Shown in pieces: positions 46,957 to 60,200 of a DNA stretch of 64,000 bases. The translations under genes were made by a program, and so were the position numbers. Under the pieces are notes generated by a model. That model made no database searches. It saw only the letters and a list, made by a program, of their open reading frames with translations, and had not been told where the DNA came from. The DNA is from Macrostomum lignano (lineage: Eukaryota), in assembly GCA_002269645.1 (NCBI GenBank), contig NIVC01000764.1, positions 62,001 to 126,000 on the forward strand, written 5' to 3'. Within the stretch, counting starts at the first letter, position 1, and each line of letters starts with the position of its first letter.

Positions 46957-47260
46957 GGGGTTGTAGTCTAGTGGCTAGAGCATTATACTCACAACTTGAA
47001 GGTCGGGGGTTCGATTCCCAATCCTACTGGAACAATTGGTGTCCTTGAGCCAAGACACTTAACTCTCTGCATTACTTCAGTTCACCCAGCTGTAAAATGG
47101 GTGCCAGCATTAGCTGGGGTAATTGAGGGTGTGTGGCAACCCCCCAGTCCTTGGACTGAGAGTGGTACGCAGCCTTCAGATGCACCACGCAATAGCTGCA
47201 GCTGAGCTATTGGTTGCACATCTGCCCATTAGGGCAGCTGTAATCAATTATTATTATTAC
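46957..47260 (+). mobile_element. tRNA-headed SINE with a CORE-like central domain
   Basis: A box TAGTCTAGTGG; B box GGTTCGATTCC; GTGTCCTTGAGCCAAGACACTTAACTCTCTG...CAGTTCACCCAGCTGTAAAATGGG, similar to the MIR CORE; (ATT)n tail. Confidence 0.8.
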
Positions 47261-48327
47261 TTAAAGTGGCAGCAATATTTTTTCAAGCTAATTCAATACA
47301 AGATTGTTAGTGCATTAAATTATTATTTCTTATGCTTTAATAAATAAAAATATACTAAATCTCTATATATACTACTAAAAACATCTTTGGGACAGAGTGA
47401 GTTGGGCAAATGACCCCTTTCTAAAGATAGTACTAATTCAAAAATATATACATACAAAATTAACCATCTAAAATTATATCTCTAAACAATGAAAACTGTC
47501 AACAAAAATGTTGCAGTCTATTTAAACAAGTTTATTTAGAGTATTTTTATGCTTATTTAAAATGTAGTCTAGATTGCTTAGGTAAGCTTAGTATACATAA
47601 AAAAATTCCAACTATTTAAAAATTGCACTAGTATATTAACAAATTAGTTAACAAATATAATACAATATATATTAACATATATAATAATACTAGATAGTAT
47701 CTAGGTAGTTAATTTAAAAGTGAAAGGTTTTAATGCAATGTGTTAATCCAATACTTAGACTACAAAAACCCTCAATAGAAGCAAATATAAATATAAATAT
47801 TTAATTATCAGATAAATACAAGAAATAAAATATTATAATATTATATAATTACTGACTAATCCTACAAATCTAACTAGCATAAATTGTGGCAAACCAAGGG
47901 TAAACAACAAAATTAATGATTTTTGACAAATATTGACAAGCAATAGAATATTTTTTGTTAGATAACTCAGAAAACTAAACTACATGGCCTATATAATTTC
48001 AGAGGTTACACATATATTTAGATATATAGTCATAAATTATTCAGGCTAAGATTACAATTATTTGAACATGATATATTACCAATGCTACATGTTATAGAAC
48101 TAATACATATTATATTATTAGAAATATACAAAGGTGCTATATAATTGTCCCAATTATAGATTTTAATATCAAAGATAGAATATATTTTAGGTAAGGAAGG
48201 CAAAAGTATATTACAACTTTGGCTACAATTATATAAAAAAATTAAGGTCTTTTTGATATTTTTCATTAGGAACTTAAAAATAATAATGATTAAAAATTGG
48301 CTTTGTACATTATATTATACATATTGA

Positions 48328-48799
48328 TCTAGACGGCTTCCAGACAGTCCGGCGTTAAGACGATCTGGCAACAGTCAATCCGGCGACAGACAATCTGGCA
48401 ATAGTCAATCCAGCGACAAACAATCTGGCAACAGATATTAAATACAATATCTGTCACAAATACAATATATACAACAATATTGATCATAGTCATAGAAACT
48501 TGCTTTCCAAGCAGATTAAATTGATTGATTGTCTTTGAAAATAACATATTGAAAATCAACAGCTACATACAGCTCTAAAAATATAACTGCAACAATTATA
48601 GTTTATGTAATTGTTATTTTATTATTTAAGTATTAATAGGTAATAATAAAGAGCTAAAAAATAGCTCAACTAATCCATAAATATGCTGATATACATTGAT
48701 TTAATATCTGTCGCCGGATTGAATTTTGCCAGATTGACTGTCGCCGGATCGTCTGTCGCCGGATTGTCTTGTCGCCGGATTGACTGGATACCATCTAGA
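48328..48799. mobile_element. MITE-like element with imperfect TIRs and CCGGCGACAG subterminal repeats
   Basis: Left end TCTAGACGGCTTCCAGACAGTCCGGCG is inverted to right end CGCCGGATTGACTGGATACCATCTAGA. Confidence 0.6.
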
Positions 48800-51700
48800 C
48801 TAGGCCTAAGAATTTTTAAAATTATTTTAAAGTTCCTTAAAATGCTAGTAAATAAAATAATATAAGAATCACAAACTATATAAGTTATACCTGTCAAAAT
48901 ATTTATTTTAGACCCAGGCTAAAACCTATTAGAATTACCAAAAATTTCTTAAAATTTAAAAAAAATAATATAATTTTATTATTGATGTGATCATTGACAT
49001 TATTTGAAACCAATCAATAAGCTCTTTTAGTTTTATCTTACAATTATCTGCATATAAATTCACCATTTAAATGATTTTATAACAAAACTGAATAAAAGCT
49101 ATACTCTATAGTATATTCCTAACAAAACACAAGATTTGATGCTATGATAAAAGCTTAAAAGTGGTCTTATTTTGAAGTTTGATTTTAAGAATAATTTAAA
49201 CTTATAGGCCCTAATTTTGTTATCTTCTAAAGGGGATCATATATCAAAAGTCCCAACTCCCATAGGCCTATGGATAGTACTATGTGATCTATGATAATAA
49301 AAAAAGAATATTGATTTATTGATAATGATATATATTTTTTTCTTAATTAGCATTATTTTTTAATTAGACCCCTAATCTCTATATGATTACAGAACAGATG
49401 ATAAGCCTAAGAAATTTTGTTCCTTTTTTATAGTTTATAGGGAGGGCTAGGTCTATTTGCTTTTTTTCTAGGCCTAAGCCTAGGCCTATATAATGTAGGC
49501 CCTAATTAGATTGCAAAGCTAGGCCTATTCATTTGCTGGGCCTAATTCTATTTTTTATTTGTCTTTTGCATGCATAGACCCTAGCATATATCATAGGCCT
49601 ATTCTCTAGCAAGTTACATGACCCTTTCTTGCCTTAGGCCCAGCATTACTAAAGTTTCTACCTATACAACTATACCTGACACTAGGGCCTAACTAACTGA
49701 TCTATAAGCCTATGAGGGATGAGGCCTATCCCTCATAGATGCCAGGAATAAATACATACCAACTAGGCCTAGCACCAACTTCTGAAGGACAAAACAGTAC
49801 ATATTAAATGTCTTAGATTTGAAGCAACTCAGTAGGGCCCTATGGTACATTGCCATATAGTAGGCATATAAACTAAACTGATGATTACAGTTTACATGAT
49901 AGGCTGAAATTGTTACATTGATAGGCTTAGCTAAGCACCTTTCATTTAAATAACGTCAATATGAATAAGATTGTGTTGTGCTAGTGAAACCTCTTACACT
50001 AGACATTAAAAATAATAAGTAACAAAAATTAGAGAGATGGTGCATACGATCCAAGAAATTTCAATAGGCCTAAACATCACACTGTCGTCGCTGAGAGCGC
50101 TATTGTCGGATTGTTTCGTAGAAGTTTCAAGAGGTTTCATTTCGAACAAATTACAATCTTGTGAATAATCGTTTTTTTCGGGCCACAAAGAGAAGATTAA
50201 AAAAAATTCAATGACTTGATAGTTCTAGTTTTCAAAGTTTCAAGCCTACATGTATAAAGTATATTTTTTTATTTGATCTGCAAAAAATCAGCAGGGTAAA
50301 TTAAATAATTCACTTTTTGCTTTACGGAATGTCATCCGACAACGTCACGACCTCACAATCTTTCTGCACAACTGAAACACTTTCATTGAATCAGAGTAGC
50401 AGGGGCGGTTGCCATGGATTTTATGGGGGGAGCAAAGAATTCTACATGCAGTGCATGTATACAGCTGTACATATTTTTTTAGAATCGGTGTTGTGCGGGA
50501 TCATTTTTGGCGTTAAATTGACACTTATTTAGCGCTTCCTAGGCACTCATTTTGGCACCGCAGGCACTCACTTTAGCACCGTAGGCTGCGGCCGCCGGCC
50601 ATCATTTTAGTGCCGCAGATAACTATCAATTGGCCCCGCAGTCATGCATATATTCATGGCCCGGCCGCAGTCTGCACTTATTTTGGCCCCGCAGTCATGC
50701 ATGCAAGTTCCTTTTGGGCCCCGCGTCACTTATTTTGGCGCCGCAGGCACTGACTTTAGCGACGCAGGCACTTATTTTTAACGCCGCAGAATTTTTGCAA
50801 TTTGTATGCTACATTGCATGTATATAGCTACATTACGGATCGGATTTTTCTTGATCCTCAGTTAATTTCTCGAGAAGTCAGCCGTGTAATGAATTATTAA
50901 ATAATCGTTTTTTACTTACGACCAGTAAATTACCGCATCGTCTGAATTTTTCAGCGAAGCAGCGAACCTCGACTCTTTAGCAATTAACTGAAGTTTTTTT
51001 CTAGGCAGCTTGGATATATTCGACCGATATTAAATCTGCAGTTCATTGCCAAACCCCAACCCCTTGAGCGTTTTCTAGAGCATACGGTAAATATACGTTT
51101 CTTACAGGCCTTAAATTTTTTTGTTTATTTGTTAGCAAAATTATAAAATCTAAGAATCTGCCGTTTGTGATTTAGCCGTTTATCAAATAATTTTATTTCA
51201 TTCCGTGAGATGTTTATTATAACAATTTTAGTAGCTGTTGTTTTTTAAATTTCTTTATAGGTTTCTATTTGTTAAAATTTAATCAGTTTTTACTCTAAAA
51301 CAAACAAACAGTATTTTACACATATGCTTATGCAGAGAATAATTTTCTTTACCTTAGCATTTAGGAAGTTCGTGCGTTCTTCGTTTTGGCTAAAATTTCA
51401 ACAAATTTTTGATTTACATTCAGTTTTGTCTTGGTTGTGTACACAGTAGTATAATCGATCATTGATCCTACTTGAACTTCAAATATTTATACTAGTTTCG
51501 GAAAATAATAATGAAGTCATTCATTTGAAGGTCTTAAGGACATAAATGAAGGACATAAATATATCTTAAGGAGATAAGGGCTTTAAATTTATTTCAATTA
51601 AGAAAAATTGAATTTTGAATTGTGAATACTACGAGGCAGTATTTTTATTGGCATTGCATGCTGCATCATTTTTTACTAAATAACCTGAAATTTGTATTTT

Positions 51701-52043
51701 CATGTTAAATGGTGTACCGTTTAAATATATTCCAAAGAAGTTTTTAATGTGTGTTGATTATAAGACTGATAAGTAATTTCTATTGAAATTAGCATAATAC
51801 TTGTAGTACTTATAGTTTTTTGTCGACTTTCATACTTTTAGCAGAAAATCATGGCTTATTTCTCATTTCTGTTAGTATAATTAGACTTACCCTTTGTTTA
51901 ATTTACTTTTTAGGAATATTTTGATATAGTTTAAAATAACTATAACATAGAACAAAATATAACTTGACAATACATAATAAAAAAACTTCAGCATGTCAAC
52001 TGCACAAATCTAGCTCGACTTTTAATCAAGAATCTTTGGAAGA

Positions 52044-55000
52044 ATGCCACTACTTCACTTGCCAGTAGTGCACAAGTTTGGGATTATATCCCATAGTCGC
52101 CGACTTGAACTACAAGAAAGACTGCTTCAGGCGGCTCTACTCGATGGCAAAGAGAAGGAAGGATTTCAATCGAAGAAGTAAAAGCCCAGTTTATCCTCAA
52201 CACTAAAAGAGGACTTAATCAAGACTATTAATTCACTAATCCACTTTTTCTCAACCAATCTGTCAGGAATCCGTTCGAGGTCACCGACGCTTTTATTAAA
52301 AAGTATAATTCTGCCCAGTCGGCCACTGAGAAGGCCGCGTGCGAGGCCGAGGCTCAGCGCCTGCTGGCTCGAGTCCGTCGCCGGGCGGGACTTCGCGACG
52401 GCGGCGTCGGGCAGCACGTAAACTTGCCTTTCGCTTGGACTGAACTGGTCTTTCTGGCCCACTGTCGGGGCCGCGTGCATCAGGGTGCGCATGCACTTTG
52501 CTTCAGTACACATGTACTTTATTGTTAACTATATGCTAGTTTTACCAAAACTTCCATAAGTTAGATTTATTACATTATAAGACAAAAGAATACGCAGATC
52601 GAGAGGCGGTCATGGAGGGACAGTGGACAGCTAATCTCGCCCTCATTCTCAGATCAGATACTCATTCTCAGATCAGATGCTCATTCTCAGAGATCTTCAT
52701 TCTCAGAAATCCTCATTCTCAGTTCAGATTCCTCATTTTCAGATCTGATCCTCATTCCCAGAGATCCCCATTCTCAGAGATCCTCATTCTCAGATCAGAT
52801 GCTCATTCCCAGAGATCCTCATTCTCAGATCAGATGCTCATTCTCAGAGATCCTCATTCCCAGAGATCCCCATTCTCAGATCAGATCCCCATTCTCAGAT
52901 TAGATCCTCATTCTCAGAGATCCTCATTCTCAGAGATCCTCATTCTCAGATCAGATGCTCATTCTCAGAGATCCTCATTCCCAGAGATCACCATTGTCAG
53001 ATCAGATCCCCATTCTCAGATCAGATCCTCATTCCCAGAGATCCCCATTCTCAGATCAGATCCCCATTCTCAGATTAGATCCTCATTCCCAGAGATCCCC
53101 ATTCTCAGATCAGATCCCCATTCTCAGATTAGATCCTCATTCCCAGAGATCCCCATTCTCAGATCAGATCTCCATTCTCAGATCAGATCTCCATTCTCAG
53201 ATCAGATGCTCATCCTCAGAGAACCTCATTCTGCCATTTCACAGACGCTCTAGACACGCTGGTGATCTCGCTGGAGCAGGCTCCCGTAGGCTACTACCAG
53301 ATTCCAGCCCTGTTCTACATCGCCGAGACCGTGCTCTACTGGCTCCAGTCGGAGTCGCCAGCCTCTGACGCACTCCGAAGCGCCGAAGTGAAGAGTCTCC
53401 GCGTCGGGCAGGCGACCTTCCTGCGCCTGTTCTACCACCACATGACCGGCCAGCTCAGGAGGCACGCCGAGAGCCGCTCCCGCCTGGCCCTCTACCTGAA
53501 GGATTTCTCCCAGCTGGCGCACCTGTACGCCGCCTATCCCGACGTCGCCTTCTGTCACAGCTTCATCGTTGCGGTCGGCAAAGTGATCGCCGGTCAGGTT
53601 AGCGACGACGATAAGAATGTCGATGCAACTGATGAAGCGGCGGAGGCTGAGCCTGGTGCTGGCGGGCCGGCGGCTTCATCAGAACTGCGGTTGCTGGTGA
53701 CTGCCGAGGTGCACGAGCTCAGCCCGCTGCTATGGCACGCTCTGGACGTCTGGCGATGCGCCAGACACCTCGGCGGAGATCTTGAAGGAGCTCTAGACGG
53801 CCTGCTTGAGTGCAGCGTCGGGATGGCGCAGCAGGGCAACTGGTGAGCTGACTGACTGACTGACTGACTGACTGACTGACTGACTGACTGACTGACTGAC
53901 TGACTGACTGACTGACTGACTGACTTGAAAAGTACATCTGAAAGTAAATGCAAAAAGTACATTGTCTATTCAGGATTGACACCTACCTGGCTTTGCTAAT
54001 TGTTGGAAACGCAGCTTGCGAAGACGTCGAGTGCCTGAAGGCGTTTCAAGAGCTCGGCGCCGACCGCGAGATAGTTATCAACGAGAACAATCAGTTTGGT
54101 GAGCAAAGCCGCCCTCTAACAGTCAGTGCATTCTGACAGAATCCTTCCTTCATCGAGCCAGACAATTTTGAACCATTCCAGACTCGGAGCAGCGCCGAGA
54201 CTCGAAGACCACCGCGGCCACGACCGCTGACAGTCGCCGTAGCACCACCGGAGCCCCAGTGGAAACCGAGGAGGACGCCAGCGTTGCCACGACAACATTT
54301 CCTGCATTAAGTAACCGTAGCAACGCTGCCGCCGGAGAGCTGCGGGAGGACTCCGCAGCCAGCGAGCCGCTAATCCAGCGTCGAGCCGCCGGTCGATACG
54401 CCGTCGGCATGGCAACCTGGCCCTGGGAGCTCGCCGTTGGCTTTGTGCACCAACTGACCCACGTCTGCCTGGACGGCCAGTCGAGCTCCGGGCGACAGCT
54501 GGCGCTGACTGGCGACCCGGCCTGCTCGCTGACCGCCCTGGCACTGCGGAGCATCGACACGGATCATGACGCCGCGGCTGAGGACACCTGCTGGCGGATT
54601 CGCTACCTGGCGCTGCAGGGACTCGACATTGTTGCCAAGGTGACCGGCGCCGCTGGGATATCAGACCTGATTCCCCCAAATCCCTCACTGCTGTCTCAGA
54701 CCCGATCCCCCTAATCCCTCACTGCTGTCTCAGACCCGATCCCCCCTAATCCCTCATTGCTATCTCAGACCCGATCCCCCCTAATCCCTCACTGCTGTCT
54801 CAGACCCGATCCCCCAAATCCCTCACTGCTATCTCAGACCCGATCCCCCCAAATCCCTCACTGCTATCTCAGACCCGATCCCCCCTAATCCCTCACTGCT
54901 ATCTCAGACCCGATCCCCCCAAATCCCTCACTGCTATCTCAGACCCGATCCCCCCTAATCCCTCACTGGGGTCTCAGATTCAACCTACGGCAGGTGAAGC

Positions 55001-56168
55001 CTGAAACCTGTACAAAAAACAACTGCTTCCACAGTCGGCCGTCAAGGACGACCTTCGCCGCTGCCTGAGCGAGGCGGCCTGGCCGGTGCTGGAGCAGTGC
55101 CAGCGGCGGGAGCGCATCGCCCAGGTGCTCGACGGCCTGCCATTGGCCGCAGTCTGGTGCGGCCTCGTCCAACTCGCCGCCTCGGAGACCGCGTCAAACT
55201 CGAAGTCTGGCAGAAGCGGCGGAGTCGGCGGCGGCGGCGGCGGCCTCATCGGTCACGTGGCGTACGCGCTGACGCTGATCTACCTTCCCACTCTGCCTCC
55301 GCCGGTGCCTCTGCAGCCAGCTGCTGCCGCCCAGCAACAGCAGTCTGGCACCGTCGGGAAGCCGCTGGCGCCGAATGGCGCCAATCGACCGGCGCCAACT
55401 CCAGCGGTGCCAGGTGCAGCGCCGGGCGGTAGGCGCCAACGGACCAGCCTTCGTCAGGAAATCGCGCTGTCAGCCGCTAACGCCAAACCAGCTGTGGGAT
55501 TTTCTGTTCGGAGAGGATTCGAACTTCGGCGAGTAGTTGAGGATCAGGTGGGTACTGATTCTTTGTTCTCATTGAGTCATTTTCCCCATTGAGTCTTTGT
55601 CCCCATTGAGTCTTTGTCCCCATTGAGTCTTTGTCCCCATTGAGTCTTTGTCCCCATTGAGTCTTTGTCCTCATGGAGTCTGTCTTCATTGAGTCTTTGT
55701 CCTCATGGAGTCTGTCTTCATTGAGTCTTTGTAGTCATCGAGTCTTTGTCCTTATTGAGTCTTTGTCCTCATGGTGTCTTTGCCCTCATTGAGTCTTTTC
55801 CTTCACTGTGTCTTTGTACTCATTGTCTTCATCCTGAGACAGCTTTCATCTTTAAGCATTCTTTGTCCTGATCTGGTATTTTTCTCTGTAAGTCTTTGTC
55901 TTCACGGAGCCTTTGTTGTCCTAAATTATGTGTCTTCATTGAGTCTTTGGCCCCTTTAACTCATTGTCCTCATTGAATGGCTCTGTCCTCACTGAGTCTT
56001 TATCTCAAGACAGTCTGCCCCTCAACCAAGTTGTGAAAAACCTTCCACAATTTCTCCAAACTGCAGTGGCGCAAGCAAGCGCAAAGTCAGCTTGAGTTCG
56101 AGAACGCAACTCGAGACGAGCAGCTCCGAAGGAAAGCCGCAGAAGCCGCCGCGACCGCCGCTGATTAA
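52044..56168 (+). CDS. TMEM232: TMEM232 homolog, 7 exons, about 715 aa
   Basis: Exons 52044-52177, 52267-52484, 53245-53842, 53974-54098, 54182-54639, 55035-55547 and 56067-56168 have phase-consistent junctions. HVNLPFAWTELVFLAHCRG, IPALFYIAETVLYWL, FLRLFYHH, LLWHALDVW and WIDTYLALLIVGNAA match the vertebrate TMEM232 sequence as I recall it. Confidence 0.85.
52640..53232. repeat. ATTCTCAGAGATCCYC / CAGAT minisatellite in TMEM232 intron 2
   Basis: Directly visible up to the acceptor at 53244. Confidence 0.9.
54670..54978. repeat. ~35-bp minisatellite in TMEM232 intron 5
   Basis: CCCTCACTGCTRTCTCAGACCCGATCCCCC tandem copies. Confidence 0.9.
55570..56000. repeat. 17-bp degenerate minisatellite (CCCCATTGAGTCTTTGT) in TMEM232 intron 6
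   Basis: Clean copies at 55584-55670, then decaying. Confidence 0.85.
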
Positions 56169-57289
56169 CAAACAATTCCGTTAATGTAATAATTTTATAA
56201 GAGATCTCTCCTATCACGAGTACAAATTTGTTAATTTTTTACCTCGCGTTTAAATTTAATTGAATAATATTATAACAAAGATTCACTTTGTAAAAACGTA
56301 GCGAAAACATTTCTTGAAAATTCTATAGCTAAAATTTATTAGCTATAGCTAAATTCTTAAGCAATCAATTAAACAATGTTAATCACTGTGGAAAAGCAAA
56401 ATTTATTCAATTTAAACAGTCAAGGACAAACGTAAGACACATCATTGATGTTTCTTGTGTGTTTTAAATAATCCTTATATATTACTCGTAATTAATCGAA
56501 ATAATTTAATTGTGCTGATAAAATTGTTAAATTAAAACTCAGTCGCGCAAAGAAAATTAATTGAAAGTAAAAAATACTATAATAGCTAGCACATGTTTGG
56601 GGACAGTATTTTATGTTAGGATTAGTAAAATAACTTAGTATAAGCATTCCATACACAATCAGTTTTATACTAGCAATTAGTGCCCCCCGTTGGGGAGCCA
56701 ACAAAGAATGGAATACAAACTTTTGAATAAACTGTGTGTCTGACATGACGCTTCTTTTATAACAATAAAGTATCAACATAAAAGAACAATATTATAAGTT
56801 TGGACAATGGACATCAATCATTAGAGCTCATTAAATTTATTAAACGAAATAAGAAATTGCTCTTATATATATTAATTTGAGTACAAAGCTGTGTACACAA
56901 TTTTGGGCGGAAAGGCGTGGCACGTATCAAATCAGTCTCATCCGGTTTTTGAGCGAGCCAAAAAAGTTAAAGCTGACGGCTAGCACCCCATGGCTAGCTG
57001 ATTGTTTAAAAGTAGGTTGTGGGGCCTTAATGTACATATTAGCCTCTAAGGCTCTAATAAGCTAAGTTTGTCATCGTTCTTACAAAATTCTACAGTCTTA
57101 AGACTATAATCATTTCGTGTGGTTCAGTGTCACAGCAACTCTTGCAGGTGAGCAGATGTTCAGTAATGGCCAGTGTTCTTGTAACTCTCGTGTAGATGCC
57201 GTTTGGTCTTTCCCATTTAGGAAATGCTCTGGTCATCAGAGCAATTAAATTGGTATACAACACCTGCAGCGAGAGGTCGAAGCACACTG

Positions 57290-60200
57290 GATTTCAGATT
57301 GCTCACGAACGCGCGACCGATCTCCAGCCTCCAAGGGCCCGCGAATGTCCAATTCTGAAAAGCTGAATTGTTGGCAGAAGCTGGCACCACCCCGCTGGAT
57401 GCTGTGGCCGGAGAAACCTGCAGCTGGAGCCAGCCAGACACGCACGAAGGCAGCTGATGAACTGGCTGGCTGAGAGCTCGCCTCCGCGTAGCCGAAGAGC
57501 GGCGTCCTTGAGTCGCTGGCTGGTGACAGGTGCAGGTGAGACCACAGGGCGCGCACAGGGCAGAGCGGTGACTCAGCTTGAACAGGTGGCAGAAAGACGA
57601 CAGGCGGCTGTGATGAATTAAATGCGATACGGCAAATAGATTAGGCCCTAGACAAACCTATATTGGAGCATGTAGACATTTTAAAGCTATTGGCCCTATT
57701 TGCCTATCGCCGGTCGGCGAGTCCTACCAGACTTTCTCCAATAGTCGTAGGTACGGTACAAGTAAATAACGAACGCGATTGAGAGCGGTTCCAGGCAGAT
57801 TTAGAGAGTGATAATCCTAATTGATAATGACCGATAAGACTTGACGCTTTAATTAGTTGATTCAAGTTACACAATCCTTAATAACGTAATTCGCAACGCA
57901 ATTAATATTTGAGCACTGATAATAATAATAACGATATAATTAGCTAACGCAGATTGGTGAGCAGATCTCAGCTCTGAAGAACGGAAGAAGAGAGAACCGA
58001 CACAGGACCACGGAGAAAGACTCCTAACCACCTGCCTAATTCCCAGAACCTACTCTCAGGTGAGGACCCTGACGGATTGACAGTTCAGCGGAGCTCTGGC
58101 TAAGTCCTACCAGCTCTGCCCTTCAGTGCAGCACTGAGGCCCTCGGGGTCGAGGCCACGTACTGTGTCAAAACCGTCAGTTCCTATCTAACCGCGCTTGC
58201 CAACGACGCTCTCAGGACAAGATTATCGCGAGCGTAACGCTGGCAAGGCTATTGCGGTTGGGCGGGGGAGCAAAGCAAAGACCGGAGGTCGATTCAGATC
58301 GAGCGCCTCAAAGCGCAACAAGGCTATAGAACGGCCGGGAAATGGGACAAACTCATGGGCCGGAAAACAGAGGAAAACGAGAACGAGATCCAACCGCTAA
58401 AACACACTTTCATATATCGTCACTTCCAAACCCTTCAAACCCCTCCTCAAGCCGGGTGGTGGGTGTCTGGCCGGCCGCTCGTTAAGCCGACTCGCGTTGG
58501 ACCCGCGGCGCTTTCTCAGGCCGGGTAGACTTGTTTTGCCGCGTGCCAGGGGTCCAGGCCGATCGTGATTGGCTGGCCGCGCAAAGCCGGGGTACACTGC
58601 AAACCGTCGCGACCCTCCGCTGAGTCACTCTTGACTGGAAATTTGCGTCTAGCTTTCTGGCCTGTTTACACTAAAAATAAACTCTAAATAACAAAAAGTA
58701 CATTGAAAAACGCGTGACTAAAATAAGCAAAATAATTATCAACAACAATACAATCAACTAGCTAATAGAACTCAGAAATTAACACAAGACGCTCACACTA
58801 CATGGCGTCGAACTAAACTGGTTGGCCTTGAACTTTTGGAGTGCCAACTTCCAGTAGCCATATGAAGCTGACAGGCAGGCTCGCGAGACAGAGCGGTTGC
58901 CGTGAGCCGATAGGAAGTCGCCAAGGCGCAACATGCCCCACCAGCCCCCCAGGAGCCCGGATATCTGCGCTTGAGGTGGATCGCGGAAGCTGCCGATGGG
59001 TGCTCTTGAGGTGCTCGATAGTCAGCGGCTTCGCCTGTTTGCATCGCAGGCCCAGATGACGTTTGGCGCCGCGGAGGGCCAGCTGCACGGTGAAGTCGAG
59101 GGCGCCGGTGGCTTGGTGCAGAACGATACGGCGTGGACGTAGGCTCAGAGGCTGGAGAAGGACCGAAGCCGGGTGCTCACCAGGTGCGCAATGTAGCGGC
59201 AGAGGAAGTCACCGTCAGCTAGGGATGAAGGGCGGCCTGCGCTAACACAGAAGGCTTCACAGGAGCGTAGCTGGCTGAGTTAGGATCTCCAGGAGTTCTC
59301 CGCCAGGCTTTGGCGGAGACACAGCGCGGGGAGGGGGGCGGGCCGGCGTCTTCACAGGACGAGGGCGACCTGCAAAAGGAGGCGAGATTGAGAAGCGGCA
59401 GAGAGCGCGTGCGACGCGAACTCAAGCGGGCAGATCACGAGCGTACGGCAGTAGCGGCAGCAAAAGTTAATGAGCTCAGACTGCGAAGCAAAAATCTGCA
59501 TGCGACCAGTCAGGTAAAAGGCCTCCACACTGATGCTGTTCCTGATGCACAGCAGAGCCACAGTCTGGTACACCTGCAGGAACCGTGGGTCACGACAGCT
59601 CAGCTTAGCTCAGCTAGCCGCTGCGGTGATGTCGGTGTAGATGACAATCTTGCAGTTAGTCAGCTGAGAGCGACGGTGCAGGATGATCAGCAAAGGTGCC
59701 AAAGCCTCCTTGAAGTTGATATGAGCATCCCTGAACACACCACCGCAGTCCAGCTCCCAGTCGATGGCAGTCCAGAAACTCTTGGCACCCCAGTTGACAG
59801 CGCCTGCGCCTGACAACCTTGTCCCAGTTGATGGTAAAGCCGAGGTGTTGCAAGATGTCCAGCAGGCAATTGAAAGCCTCGAAAGCCTCGGACTCGGATC
59901 TCCCAGCGACTGCTCAGTCATCCAGGTAGTTGACCGTAGCAGAAAAGCCAAGCCGGTGCATGTGCCGGGTAACAGCGACTGAAAGACGGTGGAAAACTTC
60001 GCAAGCAGCTTTGGCGTCGAAGGGAAGCCTGGTGTCGCAGAGCAGACTGTCCTGGCTGTCCGAGTCAACCGCCAGGCGGGGCTGACGAGCCCGTAGTCAG
60101 CAGGCCTGATTGGCATGGACCTGTAGGCGCTTTTGAGATCCATCGTGGCCATGTAGTGTCCCGGAAGGAGATGACGAACCAGATGCTGGACAGTGCAGTA

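Noticed and set aside
46957-47030. Functional tRNA gene
   Set aside because: The cloverleaf is imperfect, there is no poly-T terminator, and it continues into a CORE-like body and tail, so it is a SINE head.
50400-50800. CAGGGGCGG... transposon-like end followed by GGCACTCA/CCGCAG short repeats
   Set aside because: No matching opposite terminus or TSD was found, so it is too weak to call.
52166-52513. 115-aa minus-strand ORF
   Set aside because: Antisense shadow of TMEM232 exon 2.
59310-59813. 167-aa plus-strand ORF
   Set aside because: Antisense to the RNase H/YR region of the Ngaro-like element; no independent motif.
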